This document shows positions 25,657 to 41,536 of a DNA stretch of 64,000 nucleotides, one piece after another. Made by a program: the position numbers and the translations under genes. Source of the stretch: the human T2T-CHM13v2.0 reference genome, Homo sapiens. The notes below the pieces were generated by a model. That model was not told the origin of the DNA and did no database searches. It saw only the letters and a list, made by a program, of their open reading frames with translations. The DNA is taken from assembly GCF_009914755.1 (NCBI RefSeq), contig NC_060947.1; one strand, written 5' to 3'. Position 1 is the first letter of the stretch, and the number at the start of each line of letters is the position of its first letter.

Positions 25657-27844
25657 AGAATTCGGGTTTTTCCACTAAAGATACTACATGGAGAGCATGA
25701 GAGTACACTCACATTCTGGTGATGACAGGATGGCATACTCTTTGAAGATTTGGCTTCACCTAAATTTTTTAGAAGGTAAACTCACTTTACCTAGAAGTCA
25801 ACATGGATGTTGATGGGTCATTTGTAATTTAAAAAGGGGGAATTCCTATGAAGGAAACAAAAATAAAACACCATTTAATGAAACAGGTGTTCCCTTGGGA
25901 AGGGTTGTAGGGGTTGGGCTGGGGAGTGAAATTTTATGTTTCAAAAAGCTCGATCAATCTGAAAGTGACTGACTCTATAAAGGCTTCGTTTAAGGGCCAC
26001 AATAGAAAAGTAATAAAAACAAACAACTATCCCTAAAAGTACAAAACCATAAATTCTGTATCGGTGGGTCTATATTTTTCAAAAGAAGCAAAAAGAAATG
26101 GGTGAATTTTTGTTTCAGAATTTGTTATTTTATTTTGTTTTGTTTTTTAACAGTAGTATGCACCCTAGAGACTAATTATCAGCCTTTCATTTCCTGGTCA
26201 CAAATTACTTTCAAGCTTCATTGTTGTATTAGTATCCATTTTGTGGTGTTTACTTCTGTTTTTTAACCATGAATACACATATTGGAGTAAGGATGTGTAA
26301 CTGAGGATGTAAAGCAATTTGCTACATATGCAGCCAACATTTAAGTCATTTCAAGCCATTAAAGCTTATAAAAGCAAATTATTTGCCCTTTCTGGGTCCG
26401 CTAACAATAACCTTCACCAAAGTGGTTTTAGAGGAGCATAGTTACTGAATTAGATCCTGCTGAATTAGTAAGTTTCTACTCCCCCAAACAGTATTTAGTA
26501 AGTCAGCATATCTGTAATTTTTAAATTACTGCTCTTATAAACAAAGACAGAGACAACTGGAGGCCACAACTTAATAGCTCTCTAGACAGTTGCCTATTCC
26601 AGTTCATGGGTGATATCTTAATGAGGATTCTTTACATCATGTAACTGGATATAGGAGGAAAGAGGTGACAGTAGCAGAAGGTAGTGGCAAGGTCTTTTGT
26701 TTGTGTGATAGGAAGCCTGGACTCTGTCCCTCTAGTGAGAACCCCTGAATGGCATATCTAGCTTCAGAAAAGCTGGATCATCAGTGTTGACAATCAGAAA
26801 TCCTATTTACATTAATACCATCAAGCCTCTTGAGAATAAAAAACAGATTACTTTTTGACTGACAGTAAGGTTCCTGTGACAAAGAGATCAAGATCCTTAA
26901 ACAAAGCAATGGGACAATAGTCACCTTTATCTTAGGAAGCATGAGAGGTAATGCCAAGAATGAGTAGTGAGCCCAGAGTAGAATAGGTTTGAGGAAGCTA
27001 GGCACTATCACAGACATTGGATTTTTTGTTGGCAGGGAGAAATGTTTTCCAATAAGACCCAAGTGGCTTTTGTTCAGATGTCTATGGTAGCGGTTGGCAA
27101 ACTTTTTCTGTAAATGGTCGTATAGTAAATATGTTGGGCTTTGTGTCTCAAGAGATAAAATTGAGGATATTATGTCGGTGTTCATATAACAAGAGAGAGA
27201 ACAAATTTCCACATATTCAATGTTCAGTAATAGTGATTTGAGGCCAGATTTTATTTATTCAGAAAAATTTCAATCTCAGCCCTGAGCTTAAAAAAAAAAA
27301 CTCAGTAAAAATTTACCACTGCTAAGCCATTGAACTTCAGTGTCATAGGGCAAGTCAGATATTCAGTTTCTATTTCTGACAAAAATTCACAGAACTGTCG
27401 ATGGCTAAGTCCAGGAGAGAATGTGAACTTCATCACTGACGCTACTGGTATAATAACACAGTAGATGCAAATATTTTCTGCAAAGTGCCTGCTGAAGCAA
27501 TGAATAACCATAGGCTTTAATTAACGCACCATCAGTAAATGACTTTCTTTGCTTGCCTAATAAATGAGCCACTTGGAAATTTACTTTTGTGGCAGGCTCA
27601 CTTCCTGTGAAGAAATTCTTCTGCGATAAGGTATTCCATTTTAAATGTTCTAATTTTTCTGACCATTGCTTTCCTGTGAGTTGGGGATATTAAGAGTGCT
27701 TAGTCTGGAATTGTTGACATATACCGTATTCTTTGGATATCCTGCAGCTGTAGTGTCATTGCACAATAAACACAATGCTCTGCCATATAATTAGACAACC
27801 AAATATCCAAACTCCAGTATGTCTTAACAATACAACAATCAGAA

Positions 27845-27966
27845 CTGGGTGTTGTGGTGTGTGCCTGCTGTCCCAGCTACTCAGAAGGCTGAGGCAGCTC
27901 ACTTGAGGCCGGAAGTTTGAGCCCAGCCTGGGCAACATAGCAAGACCTCCGTCTCTTTAAAAATAC
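27845..27966 (+). mobile_element. FLAM monomer inserted in the hAT transposase remnant
   Basis: Alu monomer; TSD TACAACAATCA. Confidence 0.85.
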
Positions 27967-28098
27967 GTACAACAATCAAAGTCCACGTCATTTTTCTTTG
28001 AAAGGCTGTAGAATTATAGATGTGTCACTGCAATTTATAATGCACTGAGTAACAGTGTGAAGAGATGAGAGAACCATATTTGGTCTCTGTTGCAACTA

Positions 28099-29382
<1,284 letters not shown>

Positions 29383-29498
29383 TACTTAACTCTGCTATCA
29401 TAGCACAAAAACAACCAGAAATAATGCGTAAATGAATGACTGTGGCTATGTTCCAATAAAACTTTACTTACAGGCCCTGAAATTTGAATTTTATATAA

Positions 29499-29778
<280 letters not shown>

Positions 29779-29838
29779 GAAATATATTTCTTCTTTTGAT
29801 TTTTCTCATCCATTAAAAAATATTAAAAACCATTCTTA

Positions 29839-31635
29839 CCAGAAGAAAACCTAGAGAAAAAGCTTCATGACATTGGAGTTGGTAGGTTTTATTGGATAAG
29901 AGATGAAAAGCACAGGCAACAAAAGCAGAAAATAGACAAATGAAACTACAATAAATTTAAGAAAGCTTTTGTGTATCAAAGGACACAATCAACAGAATGA
30001 AATATCAACCTACAGAATGAGAGAAAATATTTGCAAATCATGTATCTGAAATGGGGTTAATATTCAGAATTTTTAAAGAACTCCTACAACTCAACAACAG
30101 AAAAACCCAAATAAGCTAATTTAAAAAATGAGCAAAGGACATGAATATACATTTCTCCAAGGATGATATACAAATGGCCAGTAAGCATATGAAAATATGT
30201 ATATTGCTAATCAGTAAATAATTGCAAATCAAATGAAATATCACCTCACACCTATTAGGATGGCTGCTACCACAAAAAATCAATAAAATAAAACATGTTG
30301 ACAAGAATGTGGAGAAGTTGGGACTTTTGTGCACTATTGGTAGAATTGTAAAATGGCGCAACTTCTATGGAAAACAATATGGTGGTACCTCAAAAAATCA
30401 AAAATAGAACCACCATATGATCCAGCAGGCTTACTTCTGAATATATTCACAAAAGAATTGAAAGCAGGGCCTCAGAGAGATATTTCTATACCCATGTTCA
30501 TAGCAGCATTATACACAACAGCCATGTGATAGAAACAACTCAGATGTCTATGGACCAATGAATGGATAAACAAAATGTAGTATATACATACAATGGAATA
30601 TTGTTCAGCCTTAAAAAAGAAGATTCTATCATATGCTACAACAGGGATGAACCTCAATGACATTATGCTTAGTGAAATAAGTCAATCAAAAAATTGCAAG
30701 TACTGCATTATTCCACTGCAAATACTGCATTATTAAGTTATCTAAAGTATTCAGTCCTCTTAGAGACAAAAAGTGGAATGGCATTTGCCCAGAGCTAGAG
30801 GAAGGGGCAAACGAAGAATTGCTATTCAATAGGTGCAAAGTTTCAGTTTTGCAAGGTGAAAGAGTTTCCAGAGATCTGTTGTGCAACAATGTTTGTATAG
30901 TTAACACTACTAAACTTTAAAAATGGTTAAGATGGGCTGGGCACAGTGGCTCATGCCTATAATCCCAGCCCTTTGGGAGGCTGAGGTGGGCGAATGGCTT
31001 GAGCCCAGGTGTTGGTGACCAGCCAGGGCAACATGGAGAAACCCTGTCTCTACAAAAAAAAAAAAAAAGCAGGGTGTTGTAGTGCATGCCTGTGGTCCCA
31101 GCTACTCAGGAGATTGAGGTGGGAGGGTCATCTGGGCTTTGGGAGTTCGAGGCTGCAGTGAGCTATGATCATGCCACTGCATTCCAGCCTGGGCGACAGA
31201 GTGAGACCCTGTCTCAAAAACAAGATAATTGTTAAGATGGTAAATTTTATTTTTTTTAACCACAAAATAAATACAAGTTAGGGAAGGGATATTATTAAAA
31301 GAACAGTCTTGAATCTACTGTAAATTAGTTTTTAAGCAAATCATTCCCAAATTTTGAGATGTAAGTATATTTAGTAAAAAATGACTTGAGTCAATGCCTC
31401 ACAAGTATTAAAATTCATAGAAACAGAAAGAATATTGGTTACCAAGGGCTGGAAGAAGAGAGAAAAGGGAATTGTTTAATGGGTGTGGTGTTTCAGTTTC
31501 ACAAGATGAAAAAGTTGCAGAGATCTGTTGCACACCAATGTGAATATACTTAACACTACTGAACTGTACTCCTAAACATGGTTAAGGTGGTAAATTTTAT
31601 GTCATTTTTTTAACCACAATTAAAAATAAACAAAG
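29839..31635 (+). mobile_element. L1MB 3' portion with a second copy of the L1 3' terminus
   Basis: ORF2 C-terminal and L1MB 3'UTR motifs (GAGATCTGTTG..CAACAATGT, AACACTACT, ATGGTTAAG.TGGTAAATTTTAT) present twice; flanked by AAAACCATTCTTA / AAAACCTTCTTA. Confidence 0.88.
30934..31222 (+). mobile_element. AluJ inserted in L1MB 3'UTR
   Basis: TSD core GTTAAGATGG. Confidence 0.93.
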
Positions 31636-32454
31636 AAAACCTTCTTAGATTGCATGCCATACAAAAACAGACAGGGCACTGAACTTGGCGTGCAGGTTGT
31701 AGTTGCCAACTCTTCCTCTTTGGCCCAGCCTCAGGAAACTTCTCTTAGGTTCCATGCCTGAGAGTACTCTAAACTATAAGAACCACATCCACTTTTGGAG
31801 GATTCAATAAAACACCTGCAATACCAGTGGGTAGAAGTTTCTCTTTCCTCTTAGAAAAATTGGCAGTGGATGCAGTGGTGGAAAAACCAGCAGAGTTAGA
31901 ATGGGAGATATTAAGGGACTGGATAATGGATGTGAGAATGTGTGGGCAATCATAGCAGAGAAGAAAGCGTGAATGGTGAGGAATTTGATAGCCTGTTTGA
32001 GGAAGAAGAGGAATATGGACATTGACAATCCACTGCTCACTTTTTACCCAGAGGATGGTGTCATTTTGGTGAGCAAGAGTTAATTCATTCAGTCACTGTG
32101 TAAACTTGGACAAGTCCATTCCTCTTACCTTATCTGTGAAAAGGAGGGTGGGAACATTCCTACTGCCCTCTCAGCTCTAAAAACCACAAGACTCTATCAC
32201 CAAGCTGACAAAGTGCCAATGATTTTATCCTCTCATTTGTACAGCTTTTAAGGCAGGAGACTTTCTGTGTCTCCTATTGGGTAGATTTTATTCATTTACT
32301 CTAGCCAGTGTAGGTAAAAAACTAATTACAGTCTATGGAGTCCTGACTAACTCTATCCACAGCTGGGTCTTTTACTCAATACCTCAAGCCTCCCTTCCCC
32401 TGGGAACCTGAGGAAATAGTGCAAACAGGGAAGGGAATTAGGAACCATTGTTAA

Positions 32455-32757
<303 letters not shown>

Positions 32758-32889
32758 CTTTAATTCCAGTTTCTTAGCCCCACAGCAGCTACCCCCTCCT
32801 GTTAAAAATCTCTGAAGTCTCTTCCAGTTCTTTAATAGGAATGGTTGGGGAAAGAGTCTTCTTTATGAAAAGAATGTAAATCCCAGTGC

Positions 32890-33225
<336 letters not shown>

Positions 33226-34226
33226 TCATCATTGTGTGTGACAGCGTTATCAAAAGCAACAGCAAAGTTCTTTTAGCTTTTTTTTTTTTAAATCCTCTCC
33301 TCCTTCATTAGGACTACCAAGGAAAAAGCAGGAATTTAAAGGGACTCATAACAGACCTTCCTCCTTCCAGTTGTTAACCAGGTTAATCGGATTCATTCCA
33401 GTTGTTAACTTCCTTCCTTCCAAAGAGGAAGAAGTGTCCTTTCTGTTGGCCTCTAGTGTGTTGGGGAAAGGGCCACGTGTTGGGAGGAGGGCCTTTATTA
33501 ATGGGATCACTCCAGTAGCTGTCTCATTTGCTTTCCAGTTTGCAGCTGTCCCGTGATCTGATTATTTGAATCTCAGCCTCAGAACTGACTTGCCTTTGTT
33601 TCTGGTTCAAGAAAGCTCTAGTTAGAATGGGAAAGCTCAGCCACATTGTTCAAGTTAAACACATCGCAATGGCGAAACATGAACCTCAAGACTGCTGTAC
33701 CGGGGTTAGAATTTTCAAAGTGAATGCCTTTGCCAGTGTTGTGCTTTTGTTTACTTCTGGGGCTGGTTGTGGTGTTAGCCTCACATTTGCTCAGCCATTT
33801 TCCTGGGGTGATTTACCATAACATTTGGTCCAATAAAAAGGAAATTAAATATCTATTGGCTACCTTTGTGCATTCATTGCCATGTTACAGTTGGAGCTAT
33901 AATAATAATAATAAAATGTCTTGCAGGTGTAAGTTGTGATTAGTTATACAACACTTGCACATCATGTTCTTGTTTAACATAACAAACCCTGGGAGGTAAA
34001 CAGAGTAAGAGTTTTATCCTCATTTTACTGATGATAAAACTGAGGCTCAGAAAGCTGAAGTGACTTGCCTAAGTTAGTGGTTAATTTGGAACTAAAACCT
34101 ACCTGAAGATAATAGCTTTTTACAGAACATCACACTGCCTACCCTCTTTCAGAAAAGCAGAGAGGTTGCAATTTTACAAGGTTTAGACTCAGCCTGGAGG
34201 CAGGAGGAGTGGTTAAAATCATGAAA

Positions 34227-34514
<288 letters not shown>

Positions 34515-35261
34515 TCATGAAATACTGAGGCACTGATTGGTGAAGAGCTGCTGCTTTGAGCCCTTTGAATGGATGCCAGTTGCATCAGCATGGAGGAGTC
34601 TTTCTGGGGGCTGCCCTGCTGCCTGTCTGCCAACAGGCTCCCATCCATGTGTCCAGATGACCAGAGCTGAGATAGCACCAGCTAGAGTGGAAACAGCACC
34701 CCTGGCAACAGGACCAGCACCTTAGTGTGCAAACTGTGTACTGAGCCCACAGCTGACCAGCATGCCCCTCAAGGACCTTCAGCTAGCCACTGATGAGAAC
34801 TTCTGCCTCTCCAATATATCCTACTGCTTCTTAAATACTTTTAATATTATCCAAACATGTACAACTAAGTCGAAGCAACAGCAAAACTGTGAAATAGATC
34901 CCTATCATTTGTCTTTTCTCCACAGTGGGTGCCCTGCCCCTGAATGGGTGCCTGGTTCCTCAGGTTACCCCCTGCCCTAGTCTGTTAGAGGCCTTCACTT
35001 CAGAGTGATATCTGGGCTAGGTCTATTCAGGCTTTTCCTCCCTTCCTTTTACCATACCCACCTATCTAAGCTGTCAGAGCCTGACTTTTGAAAGTTTTAG
35101 TGACTAGTGACAGATAGTTGTGATGCTTAAAGATATAAAGTCTTAGCGACATCTTTACCTATGAAACTTTAGGCCCCATGGGGGATGGGACAGGATATAT
35201 TTTTTGAGAGCTGGCTTTTCTGTTCTCAAGCCCTATCTTGTCATAAATATCTACAAAACTA

Positions 35262-35497
35262 GGTCATGGCTTACTGCAGCCTCAACCTCCTGGACTCAAG
35301 TAATCCTCCTATTTCAGCCTCCTGAATAGCTGGGACTATGGGCATATGCCACCACACCTGGCTAATTTTTAAATGTTTTGTGGAGATGGGGTTTTGCTAT
35401 GCTATCCAGGATGGTCTCAAACTCCTGGTTTCAAGTGATCCTACTGCTTCGCCCTCCCAAAGTTCTGGGATGGCAGATATGAGCCACTGTCTCCTGC
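35262..35497 (-). mobile_element. AluJ, tail end missing
   Basis: Diverged reverse Alu. Confidence 0.88.
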
Positions 35498-35687
35498 TCT
35501 AAAATACATTTTTAATGTATGATCACCTTCTATTCTACAGGAAAATAAGGAGCTATATTTAATACAAGAAATGTGTTTAGGAGGAGGGTATTTCTTTCAA
35601 AGGCATAACTCTGAAAATAAACATAAATGCCATATTTCGTGGTTAAGAGCACAGGCTTTCAACTCTTTTTTACAAATGGCAAGAAAA

Positions 35688-35958
35688 TAATCCCAGCATT
35701 TTGGGATGCTGAGATGGGAGGATAGCTTGAGGCCAGGAGTTTGAAATCAGCCTGTTCAACATAGCAAGACCCTGTCTCTACAAAAACTGAAGAAAAAAAA
35801 TAGGCGTGGTGGTGTGCACCTGCAGTCCAAGCTACTCTACTCAGGAGGCTAAAGTGGAAAGGATTGCTTGAGCCCAGGAGGTCAAAGCTGCAGTGTGCCA
35901 TGATTGCACCACTGCACTGCAGCCTGGGTGCCTGGGTTACAGAGGAAGACACTGTTGA

Positions 35959-36026
<68 letters not shown>

Positions 36027-36080
36027 AGGAAGGAAAGGGGGAGGGAGGGAGGAAGGAAGAAAGGGCAAGAAAAGAGGGAG
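35688..36080 (+). mobile_element. AluJ with (GAAA)n / purine-rich tail
   Basis: Alu about 35688-35956; (GAAA)~17 at about 35957-36026. Confidence 0.92.
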
Positions 36081-36341
36081 AAACTTATAGATTAAAAGAA
36101 ACTTAAGAGATGACTTATCAACGAAACGCCATTATATGATGCAAACCTTTTCTGGATCATGATTCAAATAACCCAATGTGAAAAAAAAATGAGATAATTG
36201 GGGAAATATGACCATGGATTGGACAATTAATGATGTTAAGAAATAATGCATTTTAAAGGTATTATAGCTATTTTTTAAAGAGTCCATTTCTTTTGAAAAT
36301 ATATATTGAAATATTTACAATGAAATGACATGAAATCTTGA

Positions 36342-36375
<34 letters not shown>

Positions 36376-36547
36376 TATATGCAACCAGTGTGTGTGTCCT
36401 ATAAATAGCTTTGCAATATACAAGATGTCTACTGTTGTTTTGCAACTGAAGAGCTTGTCTAGGAAAGAGTTTGCAGTGGCAGCACAGGTGGAAACAGTAG
36501 TGAAGAATCAGACAGTTAATCCTGAGGAATAAGAAAAGCCTTGCTTC

Positions 36548-37639
36548 ACGGGCAAAGATTTCATGATTAAAACATTAAAAGCAATTGTAACAAAAGCAAA
36601 AATGGACAAATGGAATCTAATTAAACTAAAGAGCTTCTGCACAGCAAAACAAACTACCATCAGAGTAAACAGAGAACCTGCAGAATGAGAGAAAAATTTT
36701 GCAATCTATCCATCTGACAAAGGGCTAATATCCAGATTCTACAAGGAACTTAAACAAACGTACAAGAAAAAAGCAAACAATTCCATTGAAAAGTGGGCAA
36801 ACGACATGAACAGACACTTCTGAAAAGAAGACATTTATGCAGCCAGCAAACATATGAAAAAAAGCTCAACATCACTGAGCATTAGAGAAATGCAAATCAA
36901 AACCACAGTGAGACACCCTGCCATGCCAGTCAGAATAGCAATTGTTAAAAAGTCAAGAAGCAACAGATGCTGGCAAAGCTGTGGAGAAATAGGAATGCTT
37001 TTATACTGTTGGTGGGAATGTAAATTATTTCAGCCATTGTGGAAGACAGTATGGCAATTCCTCAAAGACCTAGAACCAGAATTACTATTTGACCCAGCAA
37101 TCCCATTACTGGGTATATACCCAAAGGAATATACTTCATTCTATTATAAAGATATATGCACACATATGTTCATTGCAGCACTATTCATAATAGCAAAGAC
37201 ATGGGACCAACCCAAAGGCCCATCAGTGATAGACTGGGTAAAGAAAATGTGGTACATATACACCATGGAATACTATGCAGCCATAAAAAGAAATGAGATC
37301 ATGTCCTTTGCAGGGACATGGATGGAGCTGGAAGCCATTATCCTCAGCAAAGTAATGCAGGAACAGAATACCAAACACAGCATGTTCTCACTTATAATTG
37401 GGAGCTGAACAAGGAGAACACATGGACACAGGGAGGGGAGCAACACACACTGGGGCCTGTCAGGGGTGGTGGGGAAGGGAGACCATAGGGATAAATAGCC
37501 AATGCACGTGGAGCTTAATACCTAGGCGATGGGTTGATAGGTGCAGCCAACCACCATGGCACACGTTTACCTGTGTAACAAATCTGCACGTCCTGCACAT
37601 GTATCCTGGAACTTAAATTAAATTAAATTTTTAAAAACG
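36548..37639 (+). mobile_element. 5'-truncated older L1PA (roughly L1PA10-13)
   Basis: ORF2 C-terminal 184 aa open at 36854-37408; 15-bp TSD GAAAAGCCTTGCTTC at 36533-36547 and 37640-37654. Confidence 0.96.
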
Positions 37640-39173
37640 GAAAAGCCTTGCTTCGCAGCACTAAGCCTTTAAAAGCATCCTTAGGAACAAAAGTAGCGTA
37701 TTTCTTCTGTATCTGTTTTTTGTCCTCTCTCTACCACCTCCCACCCCACATTGCCCCATAGTGAATGTTAATAACCAATTAATTCTCCTCAGATTTCCTC
37801 AGAATACTGAGCGGGAAAAGTCTGGTTGCCACTGAAGCAGGAATACAGATCCCTTCCTTACATAGTCCTTATACCTGACATAGGAATGGAGAACTCTGTA
37901 GTCATACTTTAACTCTTTTAACAAACATTTACCAAATGTTCACTACATGCCAATAGTCTGCTAGACACTCACACGTTATCTCAGTGATCTGGTCCAGACC
38001 CGTTTTACATATGAGTAGACTGAGGTTTGGAGAGATTAAGCGGCTCACCCAGAATTACACACACTGCTAATGTAATCATGGGCCATCAATGCCTGTGGAG
38101 GCTCTGTGGTCTGTGAAGGGGAGAAAATTACAGAACAAAGAGGCCCTTCATGTTTAGGTTCAATACCAAGCCCATGCTGCACACAAAGGTTCAGAGCAAG
38201 TGAACAACATGGAGTCCACTGAGCTCCATTGTAAGGTAGAAGTGGACTACCAGATGGGACCTTTGCCAGCCCTGAGCCATTAAAGACTTCCTGAGCCCAG
38301 CCAATTTACCTGCTTTTCAATAAGATCTTTATTTGCCCTTCTATTCTTGTCTAAAGTTGTTGTCATTTCCTTTTCTGTCTGGCGACACTGAAAGCTGCCT
38401 TCAGGCAGTATGACCATGCTGGCCCCTTCTGCAACCCCCACCTCACCAAGAAACATATCTTAGGATTCCCTTTGTTTGACTTTTTTCTTCTTTTTTGAGC
38501 AGAAAGCATCTTATCTCTCACATTTCTAGAACTTTGGCTATTCAAATTCTTTATTGGATCCGCAAGCAGCTCAGGGTCGGGAGTAAATGGAAAGTGCTGT
38601 CCTAGCAGCTCTGGTTTCATTATTAAGCGGTTGCATTGGGAGACATATGGATTCACAGGACCAGAGCCTCTTAGAGCTGCCAAGCTCTCAGAAACTGTAG
38701 AATTGGGCCCAATCTGGGATGACTGCAACTTGGCTGCTAACAGTTCATTTGTTTGTTCGTTCATCCCTCCCTTCGTTCTTTTATTCCAGAAACACTTCTT
38801 AACTGCCTACTTGTGCCTTGCTCTCCCCGCCCAACTCAGGCGGCTGTTATCTTGAGGAAGGGGGTGAATGGACCAGTAAACAGAGGGTCACCATCCAGTG
38901 TGGCTAGTTCTATGAAGGAGAGGCGGTGTCAGATAGTGGTTTAGAAAGTACAATTTAAAAATCACACAGTCCTGGTTTAAACTTCAGCCTTCATACTTAT
39001 TTGTTGTGTGGTGGTGGATGAGCTATGAAACCTCCTCAGTTAATCCATAGTGGGGAGGTACCTGGTACTAGAGCAGCACAGATAGGCAGCAGAACATCTC
39101 TTTCTGACTAATGGGGATCCATAAAACCAGGAGCTAACATGGGAGAATTTTATCCTTAAAAACATCTTATCTT

Positions 39174-39341
39174 TGGCACGGTGGCGTGCACTTGTAATCC
39201 CAGCCACTCAGGAGGCTGAGGCAGGAGGATCTCTTGAACCAAGGAGTTGGAAGCTGCAGTGAGCTGTGATCATGTCACTGCACTCCAGCCTAGGCAAGAG
39301 GGCAAGACCTCATGTCTTTCTCTCTCTCTCTCTCTATCTCT

Positions 39342-39392
<51 letters not shown>

Positions 39393-39415
39393 GGCGCATA
39401 TATATATATATATCC
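39174..39415 (+). mobile_element. Alu right monomer (FRAM-like) followed by compound (TC)n(TG)n(TA)n microsatellite
   Basis: Direct reading. Confidence 0.88.
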
Positions 39416-39696
39416 TATGGCAAGGGCAGGCAACAGGCAGGTAGACGGCTGGGACAAGGGATGTTTGTTCATTGGGACTGAGATGTCCACAGGGGCTCTA
39501 GTTCAGAGTCAGATCCATAATTTATAGAAGGATTTAGGGGGCAAGGCAGACTTCACTCCCAGAGGAAATATACGGCTGGCTTTATAGAATGAGAGTATAA
39601 ATTAGGACTTGGAAACAACAGAACCCGGTAACCAGAATACAGGGGCCACACTAAACAGTACAGGAGCCCTGCTGACAATGCTGGGGTTGGCAGGCA

Positions 39697-40160
39697 TGGC
39701 AGTCCTGAGAATGTGCCACTCAGATTTCTGCAGGGACAGTGACCAAGCTGCTGCTGTGCTCTGAAATCATCGCCTTGGCACTGAGGCCATGCTTCCTACG
39801 GCTGCTCCCCGTCATTGTGTGAGCACAGCAGGGAACCTAGACAGGCCTGTCCATGAGACACTGGATTCCTTTGACTGGTGACTGTCTCAAGGACTCCCTG
39901 GCAGCCTTGTTAAACTTTCCTTAGAACTACATGGTAGGCTAATACCCTCCATCCCCCACTCCTTCCTTCCTTCCTTCTTTCTCTCTCTCTCTCCTTCACT
40001 CAGGGTGAGACTTGCATTGCATTGCAATGAATGCTGGTGGCTCTCCTAGATTTTCCTAGCTCCCTCCCCATTTTCCATCATATGGATTGCCTCTAATAAA
40101 TTTCTTGTGTTTTTAACCCTATCACTTTGTCTGCTTCTTGGAGAGCCTGGACTAACACAG
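39697..40160 (+). mobile_element. ERVL LTR (LTR16-like)
   Basis: ATGTGCCACTCAGAT near start; CTCTAATAAATTTCTTG...GACTAACACA end. Confidence 0.7.
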
Positions 40161-40899
40161 AGGGTCACTTACAGGTGTGGTTTAAGGGACCCCAGCTTAA
40201 AGGTTAGTGAGTTGAAATAACAAAGATTTCATAGGACATTTAGTGCAACGGTTTCACATTTCATTCCATGAAGAATGTAGATTCACTGGGGAGGCCTTAG
40301 GGGCCAGCCACAATGCCACTCTCTAGGAATACAGTAATGAACAAGATGAGCAAGATACCCTTACAGATTTTGCCAGGAAAGACGGCAGAGTAAGCAAGTA
40401 ATTAAGAAAATATTTCCATTAGTTTTTTAAAATTTAGAAGCTAGTAATATAGTTCAAATCCCTTACATATCTTACAAGTCTTCATGATCTAGCCCGTACC
40501 TTTTTATCTCCTTTTTTTTTTTTTTTGGCCATATCCTTATTACATTCCGCATAAGCTAGCCAGAAATGTTTGCAATTTCCAGAAACTTCCACCTTCCTTC
40601 TTATTCTGAGCCGTTGCCAAAGCTACCCTTCACCTACTAGCCTTAACCATATCCATCTGCCGGGCTTAATTCAGGCATCCCCTCTCTGGGAAGTTTTCCT
40701 TGAGCAACTGAAGGTGCTCCCATAGCAACCTCTACCCTGATCATAGATTTCATTAAAGGCAGGTAAATGGAAAACAATAGAAAAGCAAATGTCATGCCAG
40801 GTATGAGAAATCTATATTCCTTCTTTCCAAATCAGTTGGCTCATATTTAAGAAATACTATCTCCACCCTTTATGCTCAAGCCAAACTTGACTTTTGTTT

Positions 40900-41305
40900 T
40901 GTTGCAGAGACTGCCTACCCAATATCTTTTCTCCCCTGCTTCCTTACTATAATAATGTGGCCAACTAAAAAATATCTATGCTTCTTAGTCTTTCTTGCAG
41001 ATAGAGACAATGAGATACAAGCAGAAGTCATAGGGTGGGGCTTCTGGGAAGCCCTTTTTGCCTTTTGACTCTCCCTTCTACCCACTGCCTGGTATTTGAA
41101 TGTGATGCTTAAAGTACCACCAGGCATCTTGGGACTATGAGGGAAAGGTCAAGAGAATTACAAACAGCCCTGACATTCTTGAGCTGCTAAACCAACACCA
41201 GCAACCGCCTACCTTTGGACTTCTCATTACATGGGACAAATAAACCCTCATGTGTTTCAGCCACTGTAATCAAATTTCTTTCGCTGACAGATTAATGCAT
41301 TTCAG
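40900..41305 (+). mobile_element. Old MaLR LTR (MLT1J/K-like)
   Basis: GGCATCTTGGGACTATGAGGG..., GCCTACCTTTGGACTTCT...AAATAAACCC...GCCACTGT. Confidence 0.7.
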
Positions 41306-41536
41306 AACTGGTCCACTTTAACAAGTTCTGCTCCCTTCTCCTTAGCTATACTCATGCCTGGAACACCTCCCTCCCCACCATCCTTTCCCCTAAATCTCCA
41401 AATCCTATCCATCATGGAAGATCCAGTTTAAATGACATTCAGTTAATGGGATCTTATTTTATCCCATCCCACACTTGATGTGCTATTTCTTCTGACTCTT
41501 ATGACTCATCGTATTGCACTTTATCTGGACTTCTGT

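Noticed and set aside
27300-27800. Apparently unique block with ETS- and GATA-like motifs, or a domesticated transposase exon
   Set aside because: It is decayed hAT transposase sequence with frameshifts and an internal deletion; no intact frame or splice sites supported
36854-37408. 184-aa ORF
   Set aside because: C-terminus of L1 ORF2p in a 5'-truncated L1PA; not a host gene
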